NCBI GenBank assembly: GCA_963755915.1
Contig: CAVWLP010000003.1
Location: forward strand, 992,001 to 1,056,000
From: an uncultured Phycisphaerales bacterium
GTDB taxonomy: Bacteria > Planctomycetota > Phycisphaerae > Tepidisphaerales > Tepidisphaeraceae
DNA length: 64,000 nt
Direction of reading: 5' to 3'
In this document: in pieces, positions 1-9,996 of the stretch
Layout of the letters: the number at the start of each line of letters is the position of its first letter
Position numbering within the stretch: position 1 is the stretch's first letter
Program-made: the position numbers and the translations under genes
The notes under the pieces: generated by a model
Told to the model about the DNA's origin: nothing
What the model saw: the letters and a program-made list of their open reading frames with translations, nothing else
Database searches by the model: none

Positions 1-13
1 CGCCATCCCTCCC

Positions 14-48
14 GCCCGCCTCGGCATAACCACCGCGGCGGGCTTTTT
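14..48 (+). terminator. Intrinsic terminator of an upstream gene outside the window
   Basis: GCCCGCC(14-20)...GGCGGGC(37-43) stem followed by TTTTT. Confidence 0.6.
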
Positions 49-161
49 AATTGATTGGTTTGCAACCACTTACAAACCGCCCCGCTTAGAAAGTCCCGCC
101 TGCTTTATACCCGCGCAGGCTCGCCTCCCGCCCCCGGTAGCTCCCCGCAAAGGAGATCACC

Positions 162-1592
162 ATGACACGAACAACGAAAAACACTCGCGGAAACAAGAGC
201 ATTCAACGCGGCGTCTTTAGCGCCCTGGAAAACCTGGAATCACGCCAGATGTTTTCCGCCCAGCCGTTTTCGATTTACACGGTTCCAATCGGCGGCGGCA
301 GCACGGAACTGGTCTGCCAAATGACAGCGTCGTCCCAGCAGATGTCCGTCGTCCGCAGCCCGGATGGAATTCAGTTCAACCTCAACGGCCAGGTCGACGA
401 CATCGCCGGCAACTTCGCCTATCTCTCAATCATCGCCCAGGGCGGCAACAACAGCATCGTCATCGGCCCCAACATGCTCACCCCCACGTGCGTCTGGGCC
501 GGCAACGGCGACGACGTCATCTCCACCGGCGCCAACAACGACGACCTCCGCGCCACCGGCGGCGACACCACCCTCGTCGCCATGGGCGGAACCGACAACC
601 AGCTCTTTGGCGGCTGGGGCTACACCAACATCTGGGAAACCGAAACCGGAAACTATTACTCCTACGGCTCCGGCCAAACCGTCGTCCACAACATCAATTC
701 GTTCATCAACACCGACGACACCACCCTCGACGGCGCGACGTTCAACGAGCCGCTAACCAATACCCAGTCTCCGCTGAATGATCCGGGTACGGCCAATGTT
801 TCCAACCTGCCGCTCTTTGGCAGCACCGGGCCGACCTATTACGACATCAACCAGGGCATGTGCGGCGACTGCTATTTCCTCTCCACGCTCTCCTCCGTGG
901 CCTTCCGGGATCCGCAGGCTATCCAAAACATGATTACGCCGCTTGGCGACGGGACGTATATGGTTGAATTCTTCAACAACGGCACGCCGGAATACGTTCG
1001 TGAGGACGGAATTCTGCCGACCGATTACGGCAACCTGGCCTACGCCGGCCTGGGCTCCGACGGCAGCACGTGGGTTGCCCTGACGGAAAAAGCCTGGGCG
1101 TATTTTGAGCCGGCCCAGAGCGGCGAGGCGCCCAGCTACGGCGCCATGGAAGGCGGCAATGCCGACCCGGTTTACGCGGCCCTGGGCGCTTCGAACATTC
1201 AGGGTACGTTTTACAATGGAGAGCAGTTGGGCTCTTCCGCCTTCGGCAATGAGACGAATTTTGTCGCGTGGGTCGCCTGGGAACTGAACCAGGGCAACGC
1301 GATCAGCATCGGGTTCGGTAACGGCGAACCAGACTCGCAGTCCGAGTTCTCGATCCCGGGAATTCTGTATAACAATCACGAGTATTCGCTGCTCGGCGAT
1401 TCGGTCAACAGCGTAGGCCAGGTGACCGGCTTCTGGGTGCGCAACCCCTGGGGCGTTGACCTCGAGGATTCCGACGGCAACCCTTACATGACCCCCACCG
1501 GCCACAACGATGGGACCGATGACGGAATGGTTTGGGTTTCGGTCGATCAGGCGTGGTCGGTTATGAGCGACATCGGCGCCGCGACGGTGTGA
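162..1592 (+). CDS. Calpain-like (peptidase C2) cysteine protease, probably extracellular
   Basis: Catalytic-triad motifs QGMCGDCYFL, NNHEYS, RNPWG; N-terminal planctomycete motif LENLESRQMFS; AAGGAG RBS. Confidence 0.85.
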   Translation: MTRTTKNTRGNKSIQRGVFSALENLESRQMFSAQPFSIYTVPIGGGSTELVCQMTASSQQMSVVRSPDGIQFNLNGQVDDIAGNFAYLSIIAQGGNNSIVIGPNMLTPTCVWAGNGDDVISTGANNDDLRATGGDTTLVAMGGTDNQLFGGWGYTNIWETETGNYYSYGSGQTVVHNINSFINTDDTTLDGATFNEPLTNTQSPLNDPGTANVSNLPLFGSTGPTYYDINQGMCGDCYFLSTLSSVAFRDPQAIQNMITPLGDGTYMVEFFNNGTPEYVREDGILPTDYGNLAYAGLGSDGSTWVALTEKAWAYFEPAQSGEAPSYGAMEGGNADPVYAALGASNIQGTFYNGEQLGSSAFGNETNFVAWVAWELNQGNAISIGFGNGEPDSQSEFSIPGILYNNHEYSLLGDSVNSVGQVTGFWVRNPWGVDLEDSDGNPYMTPTGHNDGTDDGMVWVSVDQAWSVMSDIGAATV

Positions 1593-1616
1593 ATGACGCT
1601 TCAATTTCGTGCAGGA

Positions 1617-1654
1617 AATCCTCCCCTGGCTTCGTCCGGGGGAGGATTGTTTTT
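1617..1654. terminator. Hairpin terminator between convergent calpain and pilC genes
   Basis: AATCCTCCCC...GGGGAGGATT stem followed by GTTTTT. Confidence 0.7.
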
Positions 1655-2879
1655 ACCTGACGATGACTTTGCTGATGGTGAAGATCGGCAGCATCAGGGC
1701 GAGCACGACGGTACCGATGATCGCTCCCATCACCCCAATCATGATCGGCTCGATGTAGCGGGTCATGTCGGCGATCGAATGCTTCAGCTCATCCTCGGCA
1801 TAGGCCGCCACCAGCTCCATCACCTGCGCCAGCTTTCCGCTTTTTTCGGCGCTGCTGAGCATCTGGGCGACCGATCGCGGGACCAGCGGATTAGCGAACA
1901 GCGGCTCGGAAAATTGCTTACCGGCCTGGATCTGCTTGGAAACTTCATCCCACAAATCGCGGTAGTAGGAATTCCTGGAAAGGTCGTGGGCGGTCTTCAC
2001 GCAATCGACGAGGCCCACGCCGCCCCCGGCCATTGTTCCCACCAGCCGCAGGCCGCGCGAGAGGTTTATCTTGCGAAACAGCGGACCAAAAAGGGGAATA
2101 TTCAGTTGCACAAAATCAAATATTCGAGCGCCCCTTGGATGGCGCAGGCCGAAAAACAGGCCCACCCCGACGGTTCCAAGCGTCATCAGGATAAAAGGCC
2201 ACTGAGTCACGATGAAACTGCTGATAGCCATGAGCACGATCGTCGGCCCAGGCAGCGCCGCCTTCTTCGCCGCGTAAATCGCGGTGAATTTTGGCAGAAC
2301 GAAGGTCAGCAGAAACGTCGTTGTCGACAGTGCGAAGCACATCATGATCGCGGGATACGTCAGCGCCCCGCGTACCCGGCGGATCGTTTCATGTTCATCG
2401 CGCAGGTAATTCGTCGCCCGCTGGAGGAGCTTAGCCATCATGCCGCTCTTTTCGCTGGCGCTGATCAGCGCCACAAAGAGCCGGGGAAACGCCCGCGGAT
2501 GCTTCAGCAGCGCCGAGCTGAAATCCGAACCCCCGTGCACCTCCTGGCAAACCTCCTGCACGATCCGCTTCACATTCGGCTTCTCCGCCTGCTGCCCGAT
2601 GCATTCGAGAGCTTCGCTGAGGGTAACGCCGGTGTCGACCATGATCGCAAGCTGCGTCGCGACGTGGATCAGGTCCTTGCGCGACATGCGAATGCCGCGG
2701 CCGCCGATCCTCGCTCCGGCGGCCCCGGCAGCCGCCACCGCGCCTGCCTGCCGGACGGACGTGGGATATTTTCCCTCCGCGCGGATCATCTGTGTCGCCT
2801 GCGCGAGCGAGTCCGCTACCATCGTCCCCGTGAGGGGAGCGCCGGTCTGATCGCGAGCGGAATAGGCAAACGTGGGCAT
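1653..2879 (-). CDS. pilC: T2SS/T4P inner-membrane platform protein GspF/PilC
   Basis: MPTFAYSARD start; QLAIMVDTG, ALTYP, AEKSGKL, IEPIMI, ALMLPIF motifs; two T2SSF repeats. Confidence 0.92.
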   Translation of the reverse strand: MPTFAYSARDQTGAPLTGTMVADSLAQATQMIRAEGKYPTSVRQAGAVAAAGAAGARIGGRGIRMSRKDLIHVATQLAIMVDTGVTLSEALECIGQQAEKPNVKRIVQEVCQEVHGGSDFSSALLKHPRAFPRLFVALISASEKSGMMAKLLQRATNYLRDEHETIRRVRGALTYPAIMMCFALSTTTFLLTFVLPKFTAIYAAKKAALPGPTIVLMAISSFIVTQWPFILMTLGTVGVGLFFGLRHPRGARIFDFVQLNIPLFGPLFRKINLSRGLRLVGTMAGGGVGLVDCVKTAHDLSRNSYYRDLWDEVSKQIQAGKQFSEPLFANPLVPRSVAQMLSSAEKSGKLAQVMELVAAYAEDELKHSIADMTRYIEPIMIGVMGAIIGTVVLALMLPIFTISKVIVR

Positions 2880-2902
2880 AAAACTCTCACACTCACTCTC
2901 AT

Positions 2903-3042
2903 CCCCTCTTTATCCCCTCTCCCAGTACTCTGGGAGAGGGTTAGGGTGAGGGCCTGAAAAAATCATCGGCGCGTTTGCGCGATCCTCATTTTTACTCCGC
3001 CCTCACCCCTGCCCTCTCCCAGGGTACTGGGAGAGGGGGTAA
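2903..3042. repeat. Inverted pair of GTAC-centred palindromic repeats (REP/REPIN-like)
   Basis: CCCCTCTCCCAGTACTCTGGGAGAGGGTTAGGGTGAGGGCC (to 2954) and an inverted copy CCCTCACCCCTGCCCTCTCCCAGGGTACTGGGAGAGGGGG (2999-3042). Confidence 0.85.
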
Positions 3043-4746
3043 TTACGCCGTTACGCGGTAAATTTCTTCAAGCGTCGTTATCCCGGCCTTTACCTTCTCC
3101 ATCCCATCGCCGCGCAGGGTAATCACTCCCTGCTTCTTGGCATGAGCGCGAAGATCGTTCAGTGTCGCCCCCTGGCTGATCAGTTCGATCATCTCGTCGT
3201 CCGGTACGAGCAGCTCATAAATCCCAATGCGCCCGGTGAATCCCAGATTCCTGCACTGCTGGCACCCTTTGGCCCTGAAGAGAGTGTCGATATTTCCCGC
3301 CAACCGCTCGATCTGCCGGCGCTCGTTGGGATTCGGCGTATACGACTCCTTGCAATGCTGACAGAGTTTTCGCACCAGCCGCTGCGCCATCACGCCGACA
3401 AGCGTCGCCCCAACCAGATAAGGCTCGGTGCCAAGGTTATATAGACGCGTAATCGCACCCGGCGCATCATTCGTATGCAGCGTGCTGAGCACCAGGTGCC
3501 CCGTGAGCGCGGCCTGCGTCGCCAGTTTCGATGTCTCCATATCACGGATTTCGCCCACCATCAAAATATCCGGATCCTGCCGAAGCAGCGACCGCAGCGC
3601 CCCGGCAAACGTAAACCCGGCCTTTTCATTCACCTGAAACTGGTTGACGCCCGTAAGCGCATATTCGATGGGGTCCTCGACCGTGCAGATGTTCACCTCG
3701 GCATTGTTCAATTCCTGGAGCGACGCATAGAGCGTCGTGCTCTTGCCCGACCCCGTCGGACCCGTCACCAGTACGATGCCGTTGGGCAGACTAATCAGCT
3801 TTCGCCACGCCTTCAGCGTGTCATATTCGAACCCCAGCTTTTCCAGATTCACCGAGGCCCGCTCGTTGTCGATTATGCGGATCACGACTTTTTCGCCATG
3901 CTTCGCGGGCATGGTCGAAACGCGCAGATCGACCGGCCGCTTCTCCATCATGACGTGAATGCCGCCGTCCTGCGGCAGGCGCCTCTCCGAAATATCCAGC
4001 CCCGCCATAATCTTGATTCGGCTTGCCACGGCGGCGTGCATCTGATGCGGCGGACGTAGCTTCTCGACCAGGCAACCGTCGATCCGATAGCGAATCCGCA
4101 AAAAATTGTCTCCCGGCTCCACGTGAACGTCGCTGGCCCCTTCTTTCACCGCGTTGTAGATGACGTAATTCACCAGCTTGATGACCGGCGAATCTCCTGC
4201 CGCCGCCTCCAGGTTTACAACGTCCTGAACCGGCTGCTCGATGACGTTGAATTCCTCCGGCTCAACCTCCTCGATAATGTCGTCGATGACGAAGACCTTG
4301 TCGTTGGGCAGGTAGGCCTGGAGCGTGCTCTTGATGTCGCGCACCGTCGCCGCGACCACCTGCACCTGGTAGCCGCTCAGACGCTCGATCTCTTCCAAAA
4401 GAAATACGTTCGCCGGCTCCGGAACCGCGATCGTCAACACGCCCTCGACCAGATAAAGCGGCAGAGTCTGATGCTTCTCGAGGAAATCCTTCGGCAAAAC
4501 CTGGATGACCTTCGGGTCCGCGATCTTGGGGCTCACCCGCGCGTAGGGCACGGAATAGGCCTGCGCCAGCGTTTCCACGATCTGGTCTTCCGTGCAGAAA
4601 TGCAGCTCGACCAGCACTTCCCCCAGCAGCTTTTGATGCCCCGTGCGCTTCTGCTCATCGAGGGCGCGCTCGAGCTGCGCCTGCTGGATCAATCCCTTGC
4701 CAATCAGGAGCTGCCCCAGAGGTTTTCGTTCCATCGTGGTAACCAT
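3043..4746 (-). CDS. pilB: T2SS/T4P assembly ATPase GspE/PilB with N-terminal MshEN-like domain
   Basis: Walker A GPTGSGKST; TVEDPIEY, LRQDPD, GEIRD, TGHLVLSTLHTN; Cys4 Zn motif; N-terminal LGQLL..KGLI...L..AL..Q. Confidence 0.93.
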   Translation of the reverse strand: MVTTMERKPLGQLLIGKGLIQQAQLERALDEQKRTGHQKLLGEVLVELHFCTEDQIVETLAQAYSVPYARVSPKIADPKVIQVLPKDFLEKHQTLPLYLVEGVLTIAVPEPANVFLLEEIERLSGYQVQVVAATVRDIKSTLQAYLPNDKVFVIDDIIEEVEPEEFNVIEQPVQDVVNLEAAAGDSPVIKLVNYVIYNAVKEGASDVHVEPGDNFLRIRYRIDGCLVEKLRPPHQMHAAVASRIKIMAGLDISERRLPQDGGIHVMMEKRPVDLRVSTMPAKHGEKVVIRIIDNERASVNLEKLGFEYDTLKAWRKLISLPNGIVLVTGPTGSGKSTTLYASLQELNNAEVNICTVEDPIEYALTGVNQFQVNEKAGFTFAGALRSLLRQDPDILMVGEIRDMETSKLATQAALTGHLVLSTLHTNDAPGAITRLYNLGTEPYLVGATLVGVMAQRLVRKLCQHCKESYTPNPNERRQIERLAGNIDTLFRAKGCQQCRNLGFTGRIGIYELLVPDDEMIELISQGATLNDLRAHAKKQGVITLRGDGMEKVKAGITTLEEIYRVTA

Positions 4747-4753
4747 GGGTGGC

Positions 4754-5092
4754 TCACCGCATCGTCTTCAGCGCCGTGGCAAGGTCGGCCTGGCACTCAA
4801 AATCGTGCGCCAGCCGGGTGATTTCCAGGATCTTCTTGCAGTTTTCGTCGAGGCTCACCAGTTTCAGCCGGCCGAACAGGTCTTCGCACCGCCGCTTGAT
4901 CCAGAGCAGGCCCTCCAGCCCATCGCTGTCGATGAATTCGCACTTTTGAAAATCGATGACGAAATCGACGATCTGACGCTGGTCGATCCTCTCCTCGATC
5001 GTTTTCTTCGCGTCAGCAACGGCAGGAGCCAGAAGCGCTTCGTGCACTTCGATCACGCAAACCTGGCTGTATTCTTCGCATTTGATGGGCAT
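4754..5092 (-). CDS. STAS-domain protein (anti-sigma factor antagonist-like)
   Basis: 112 aa with FVIDFQKCEFIDSDGLEGL and ILEITRL motifs. Confidence 0.85.
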   Translation of the reverse strand: MPIKCEEYSQVCVIEVHEALLAPAVADAKKTIEERIDQRQIVDFVIDFQKCEFIDSDGLEGLLWIKRRCEDLFGRLKLVSLDENCKKILEITRLAHDFECQADLATALKTMR

Positions 5093-5113
5093 TGGGCGGC
5101 GTCCTTCATCCCG

Positions 5114-6807
5114 TTACGAAGCGCAGCGGAGCGTCTGCTGCAACTCCCCAAGCTGCCGGACCCGCCCCGGATTCGCCGCCAATAGTTGCCGGAATTTCTC
5201 CGCCCCGATCCGCAGAAATGCTTCCGTGAGCGACGGGTCAAACTGGGTCCCCGAGCAGCGGCGGATTTCCGTCAGCGCCACTTCCAGCGGCAGCGCCTTG
5301 CGGTACGTCCGGTTGGATGTCATCGCGTCAAAGCAATCCGCCAGGCAGATGATCCGCCCCATCAGCGGAATGTCTTCGCCAATCAGGCCGCCGGGATATC
5401 CCTGCCCGTCATAGCGCTCGTGGTGATGCAGCACGCCGGGAATCAGGTCTGAAATCTGCTTGATGTCCTGGAGAATTTTTGCCCCGATCTGCGGGTGCTT
5501 TTTCATCTGCTCGAATTCTTCGGGCGTGAGGCGTCCGGTTTTCTGCAGCACGCTCTCGGGCACCCCGATCTTCCCCACGTCGTGCAGAAGCCCGGTCATG
5601 TAGGCCCGCTCGGCAAAGGCATCGCCGATGCCCGCTTCCACCGTCAGGTGCCGAGCCAGAAGGGCCACGCGTTCGCTGTGGCCGCAGGTGTACGCGTCCT
5701 TGGCGTCCACCGCGCTGGTCAGTGAGTGCAGCAGCCCCATCATCAGGCCGTGCACGTCTTCGAACAGCATCGCGTTTTCGAGATAGATCGCCGATTCGTT
5801 GGCGATCGAATTGAGCAGCTTAGCGTCCTGTGAATCGAAATCGCCGCCGCCTTTGTTGATGGCGAAGAGGCACCCCAAGATCGTCTCCTCGCGCTGCATG
5901 GGAACGGCCATGAGCTGATTGGCAAATTTCGCCAGCCAGTTCAGCGTTTTGTCGGCCGCCAGGTTATTCACCAGCAGGGGCCCCTTTCGTTCGCGCAGCC
6001 GCGGGATCAATTCCTGCGCCAGCCGCGGCACCGTTCCCGGGGGCAAGCTCATCGGTCCATACAGCACCGGCTCATGCCCGCGCAGCGCCCCGTCGCTCAG
6101 CGCCACACCCAGCCCCTGCACGCCCATCACCTCCAGCACGTCGAGGCAGGCCTGCTTGAAGAAATCATTCGCCGGACGGTTGATCCGCATTCCGCCGCTG
6201 ATCTGGTAGATCAGGCTCAGCTCTTCATACGTGTTGGCCAAATGCCCGGAAAGCGAATTCAGCTCGGTCGCCAGCCCGGAGAGCCGCATCTGGTCCTTGA
6301 GCATCGACCCGGCCATCCGCGCCTCGCGCTGAATCGCCTCGTCGCTGTACGGCACGAGCCCCTCGGCCTGCTGGCGCAGCCACGCCGCGTCCAGACCCAG
6401 CCGGCTGCACATCCGCAATACTTCTTCCGCCAGATTGAAATCCACGCTTCGCGCCGACAGCACCATGAAACCCAGAAGCTGCTTGCGCTCCACGCACGGA
6501 AATGCCGCGAAGACCACCCCCGGAAAACTGCTCCAGACCGTGATTGGCGAAGAGGCCGTCAGTTTTTTGAATTGATTGAGAAGCTCCGGCTCGGTGGGAT
6601 CGCCGTATTGCAGAAGCGGCAGAACATATCTCTGGAAAAACAGCGCCCCCTGGGCGTCGTGGTAGGTGACCGCGCCATCCTTGTCGAGCATCGCCAGGAA
6701 AAGCCCCGCGGCGCGAAAGCGCGATGCCAGGCTGTCCAGCACCGAGGCCGGGATCGCCGTTGCCGCGCGCCGGCCGGCTGCGACGGAGTTTGAATTTGCA
6801 GCGTCAT
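5114..6807 (-). CDS. GAF + HD-GYP cyclic-dinucleotide phosphodiesterase (probable frameshift near 6750)
   Basis: DAKDAYTCGHSERVA, LLHDVGKIG, HHERYDGQGYP, DCFDAM..RTYR; GAF-like LMAVPM..ILGCLFAINK; likely true ATG at 6807 is one frame off. Confidence 0.88.
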
Positions 6808-6919
6808 GTTCTCACTGCCTGGCGATAGGCTACTGCGGCGAACAATTCTTCCTGCGTTGTCTCTCTTCTCTCCCTTTAACCGCCCGATAATCCGGGCCCG
6901 TTCCCTGGGTCCCTCATCC

Positions 6920-7306
6920 TCAGGCGGCCGCTGCCGTTTCCGACAGCACCTCGTTTACCGTCGTCAGCAGGGCCCGTGGACTGAACGGCTTGCTCAACAT
7001 CCGCAAAATCCCGCTGTTCTGCGTGTCCTGCGGGTCGAGCTGGTATCCTCGCGCCGTCAGCATGATGGCCGGTATTCGCGCCGTCGACGGATCCTGCTTC
7101 AGCTTCCGGCACAATTCCAGGCCCGATAGCTGCGGCATGTGGTAATCCGTGATCAGCAAATCCGGATGTTCCGCGTTCGCGATCTCCAGCGCCTCCTGCC
7201 CGTCCGCGGCTGTTAAAACTTCGAAACCCGCGTTCCGCAGCTTCAGCGACACGACGTGCAGGATGTGGCTCTCGTCGTCGGCAACCAGAATTTTCTTCAT
7301 GGCCAT
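6920..7306 (-). CDS. Single-domain response regulator (CheY-like receiver)
   Basis: KKILVADDE, LLITDYHMP (phospho-Asp), MLTARG, SKPFSP. Confidence 0.9.
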   Translation of the reverse strand: MAMKKILVADDESHILHVVSLKLRNAGFEVLTAADGQEALEIANAEHPDLLITDYHMPQLSGLELCRKLKQDPSTARIPAIMLTARGYQLDPQDTQNSGILRMLSKPFSPRALLTTVNEVLSETAAAA

Positions 7307-7339
7307 CTCACTTCCCATGGGGCCACTTCCCCACATCCT

Positions 7340-8791
7340 TCAATCACACAAATCCAGCTCAAAGCCGAAGCAGCTTCCCTTTCCCACATGGCTCTCCACA
7401 AACATCCTTCCACGATGAACCGTCTCGATGATGTGCTTCACCAGCGACAGTCCCAACCCGGTGCCCTTGGCCATGTGGTTGTTGGCCTCGGCTCTGTAAA
7501 ACTTATCGAACACAAACGGCAGGTCCTTGGGTGGAATTCCGACTCCGGTGTCACTTATTCGAGCGATAACCTTTCTCTTCGCTTCATCGACCGTGGTCTG
7601 TACCGTGATCGTCCCCCGCTCCGGCGTGTATTTCACCGCGTTGCTGAGCAGGTTCAGCACCGCCTGGTAAAGCATGTCTTTATCCGCGTTCGTCTGATAA
7701 AAAGCGGGCGTAAGCTGCTCCACCAGGTTTATCTGCTTGAGCCGCGCCTGCGGGCTGATCACTTCCAGGGCCTCCTTGAGGATCACCATCAGGCTCTGCG
7801 GCTGCTTGTTAATCTGCACCAATCCGGATTCGATTCGCGAGATATTCAAAATGTTGTCAATCAGCCGGCTCAGGCGGTTGGCCTCGTTCTGGATGACCTC
7901 ATAAAACTCACGGGTGGTTTTTTCGTCATCGGCCTCACCGTCTATCAGCATCTCGACATACGCCTTGATGCTCGCCAGCGGTGTGCGCAGCTCGTGGCTG
8001 ACGCTCGACACGAAGTCGTTCTTCATCTCCGCGACTTCTTTTTCGCGCGTCATGTCATGCAGCACGGCCACCACGCCGGCCGGGGCATCGTTGTTGTCGG
8101 CGACGGCCGATAAGGTCACCTTGAATATCCGCTCTTCCCCCGGTCCCTTGATCTTGTGCTCGACGATCCGCCGGCCGGTCCGGCTGTTGCTCTGGCGCAT
8201 GTCGCGCACCATCTCCACCAGCTTTTCGTCGCGCAAAATCTCCTCGATCCGCGCCCGCCGCGACCGCTCCAGGTCAAACTGAAACGTCCGTGCCGCCGAT
8301 TCGTTCGCCAGAACCAGCTCGTCGAAAATGTCCGTCACCAGCACCGCATCCGAAATGCTGTAGATGATCGCCTGCGCGTGCTGCCGCTCGCTGGTCGCGA
8401 CCTTGAGCTGAATCTCCAGTTCCTTCATTTTCAGCACCGCGTCCGACATGCACTTTTCCGCCGCGTCGACCATCTCGTTCACCGCCGATATCAGCGGCCG
8501 AATCTCGTGGCTCTCGGTCTGGAGGCTGTTCAATCTCCCCTGCACGGTCATCCGGTGGATCGCTTCGATCAGCACCCGCGTGTTCCGGCGGAAACTCATG
8601 ATCGCCAGCAGCCCCGCGCCCCCCGCCGCCAGGAAGAGCACCGGCCCCAGCATCCCCAGGTCATACTTCCCGCTCACCAGCGCTTCGCGCACCGATCCCG
8701 CCGAGCAGAGCAACCCGCCCACCAGGCAGGTCACCATCAGCAGGGAAAGAATTCTTCCCGAGCGCACGATTGTGATCCTTTGAAAGCTCAT
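7340..8791 (-). CDS. Membrane PAS-domain sensor histidine kinase
   Basis: Two N-terminal hydrophobic segments; PAS-like DAVLVTD..NESA; H-box SHELRTPL; NLLSNAVKY, DTGVGI, GTGLGL. Confidence 0.92.
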   Translation of the reverse strand: MSFQRITIVRSGRILSLLMVTCLVGGLLCSAGSVREALVSGKYDLGMLGPVLFLAAGGAGLLAIMSFRRNTRVLIEAIHRMTVQGRLNSLQTESHEIRPLISAVNEMVDAAEKCMSDAVLKMKELEIQLKVATSERQHAQAIIYSISDAVLVTDIFDELVLANESAARTFQFDLERSRRARIEEILRDEKLVEMVRDMRQSNSRTGRRIVEHKIKGPGEERIFKVTLSAVADNNDAPAGVVAVLHDMTREKEVAEMKNDFVSSVSHELRTPLASIKAYVEMLIDGEADDEKTTREFYEVIQNEANRLSRLIDNILNISRIESGLVQINKQPQSLMVILKEALEVISPQARLKQINLVEQLTPAFYQTNADKDMLYQAVLNLLSNAVKYTPERGTITVQTTVDEAKRKVIARISDTGVGIPPKDLPFVFDKFYRAEANNHMAKGTGLGLSLVKHIIETVHRGRMFVESHVGKGSCFGFELDLCD

Positions 8792-9996
8792 CTCCCCTCA
8801 TCCAGGTTGGTCAGCAGTTGGCCCGCCATCTGGTCGCCCGGCTTCATCCGCAGCGCCTGCTGAAAGCAATCCGAAGCCTGCTCCTTGCGGCCCATCCGGT
8901 CCAGCGTCAAACCCACCATGCACAAGCTCACGGTATCGGATGGATCGAGCAGATTCGCCCGCGTGAACGACGCATACGCTTCGCTCACGTGGCTCTGCCG
9001 AAGCTCCACATATCCCAGCAGCAGATGCCCCTCGCTGCTCTTCTCATCCAGCGCCAGACCGTGCCGCAGCGCCAGCTCGGCCTGCCGCAGGCTGCTCGTC
9101 TGCAATTCCGCGCGCCCCAGCCCAAACCAAACGCCCGTCGAATCCGGGCTGATCTCCGAAGCCTCCTGAAACGTCACCACCGCCTCCGGCGCGTGCGCCG
9201 TCTGAAGCTGGCATTCCCCCAGCGTGATCATCAGATCGCTTCGATGGCCAAACTGCGGATCCGCGATCAGGTCCGACAGGATGCCGGCCGATTCCGAATA
9301 CTGATCGTTGAAAAACAGCGCCAGCGCCAGGTGCTCTTTGATCGTCTGATCGTCGCTCTCCAGAATCCCGGCGCGGCGAAACATCTCGATCGCCTCGGGA
9401 TATCTACCTTCCTGCATCAGCAGCAGGCCCACTTCATCGCGAATCTGCCCGCTGTGCTCGAAATACCCCATCCGCGACTGGAGCAGCGCCAGCGCCTGGT
9501 CCCGGCAATCCATCGAAACCAGCGTCTCCGCCTTCGCCAGCACATACGCCAGCTCTGCCGGATTCTTGGTGCAGGCTGACTGATAATACTCCAGCGCCTT
9601 CTCCGGCTGCTGCCAGCGCTGGTAGATCACCCCGCACAGATAATCCGCTTCCGCATTTGCCGGATCGAGCTTGCGCGTTTCCGTCAGTTCCCCCTCCGCC
9701 GGCTCCAGTTGCCCCGCCTCGATATAAAGCTTGGCTGAGAGAATATGCGCCGTCGTGCTCGCCGGCGTCATACGCAGGGCCTGGTCGATCGTCGCCCGGC
9801 TCTTCTCCAAATCCCCGTTCTTATATTGATCCGACGCCAGCCCGATCAGCACCGTCGACTGGGCATCATTCCAATCCTTCCGCGCCTGCTCTGTCGCTCC
9901 CGGACTCTTCGTCGTTGACGCACAACCCGCGACCAATGCCGCCGCAATTAAACTTGAAACAATTGCTTTCCACATAGTTACTCCAATGGCGCTCAA
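8788..9996 (-). CDS. TPR lipoprotein, candidate secretin pilotin (PilF/TadD-like)
   Basis: Lipobox LVAGC; multiple TPR-like helical repeats; directly downstream of the secretin. Start may be the ATG at ~9975. Confidence 0.75.
   Translation of the reverse strand: MSAIGVTMWKAIVSSLIAAALVAGCASTTKSPGATEQARKDWNDAQSTVLIGLASDQYKNGDLEKSRATIDQALRMTPASTTAHILSAKLYIEAGQLEPAEGELTETRKLDPANAEADYLCGVIYQRWQQPEKALEYYQSACTKNPAELAYVLAKAETLVSMDCRDQALALLQSRMGYFEHSGQIRDEVGLLLMQEGRYPEAIEMFRRAGILESDDQTIKEHLALALFFNDQYSESAGILSDLIADPQFGHRSDLMITLGECQLQTAHAPEAVVTFQEASEISPDSTGVWFGLGRAELQTSSLRQAELALRHGLALDEKSSEGHLLLGYVELRQSHVSEAYASFTRANLLDPSDTVSLCMVGLTLDRMGRKEQASDCFQQALRMKPGDQMAGQLLTNLDEGR

Noticed and set aside
1593-2957. 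454-aa + strand ORF and many other long antisense ORFs (e.g. 20668-22293, 39368-40672, 54184-55953)
   Set aside because: They are shadows of well-supported opposite-strand or alternate-frame genes in high-GC DNA, with low-complexity Arg/Pro/Gly translations
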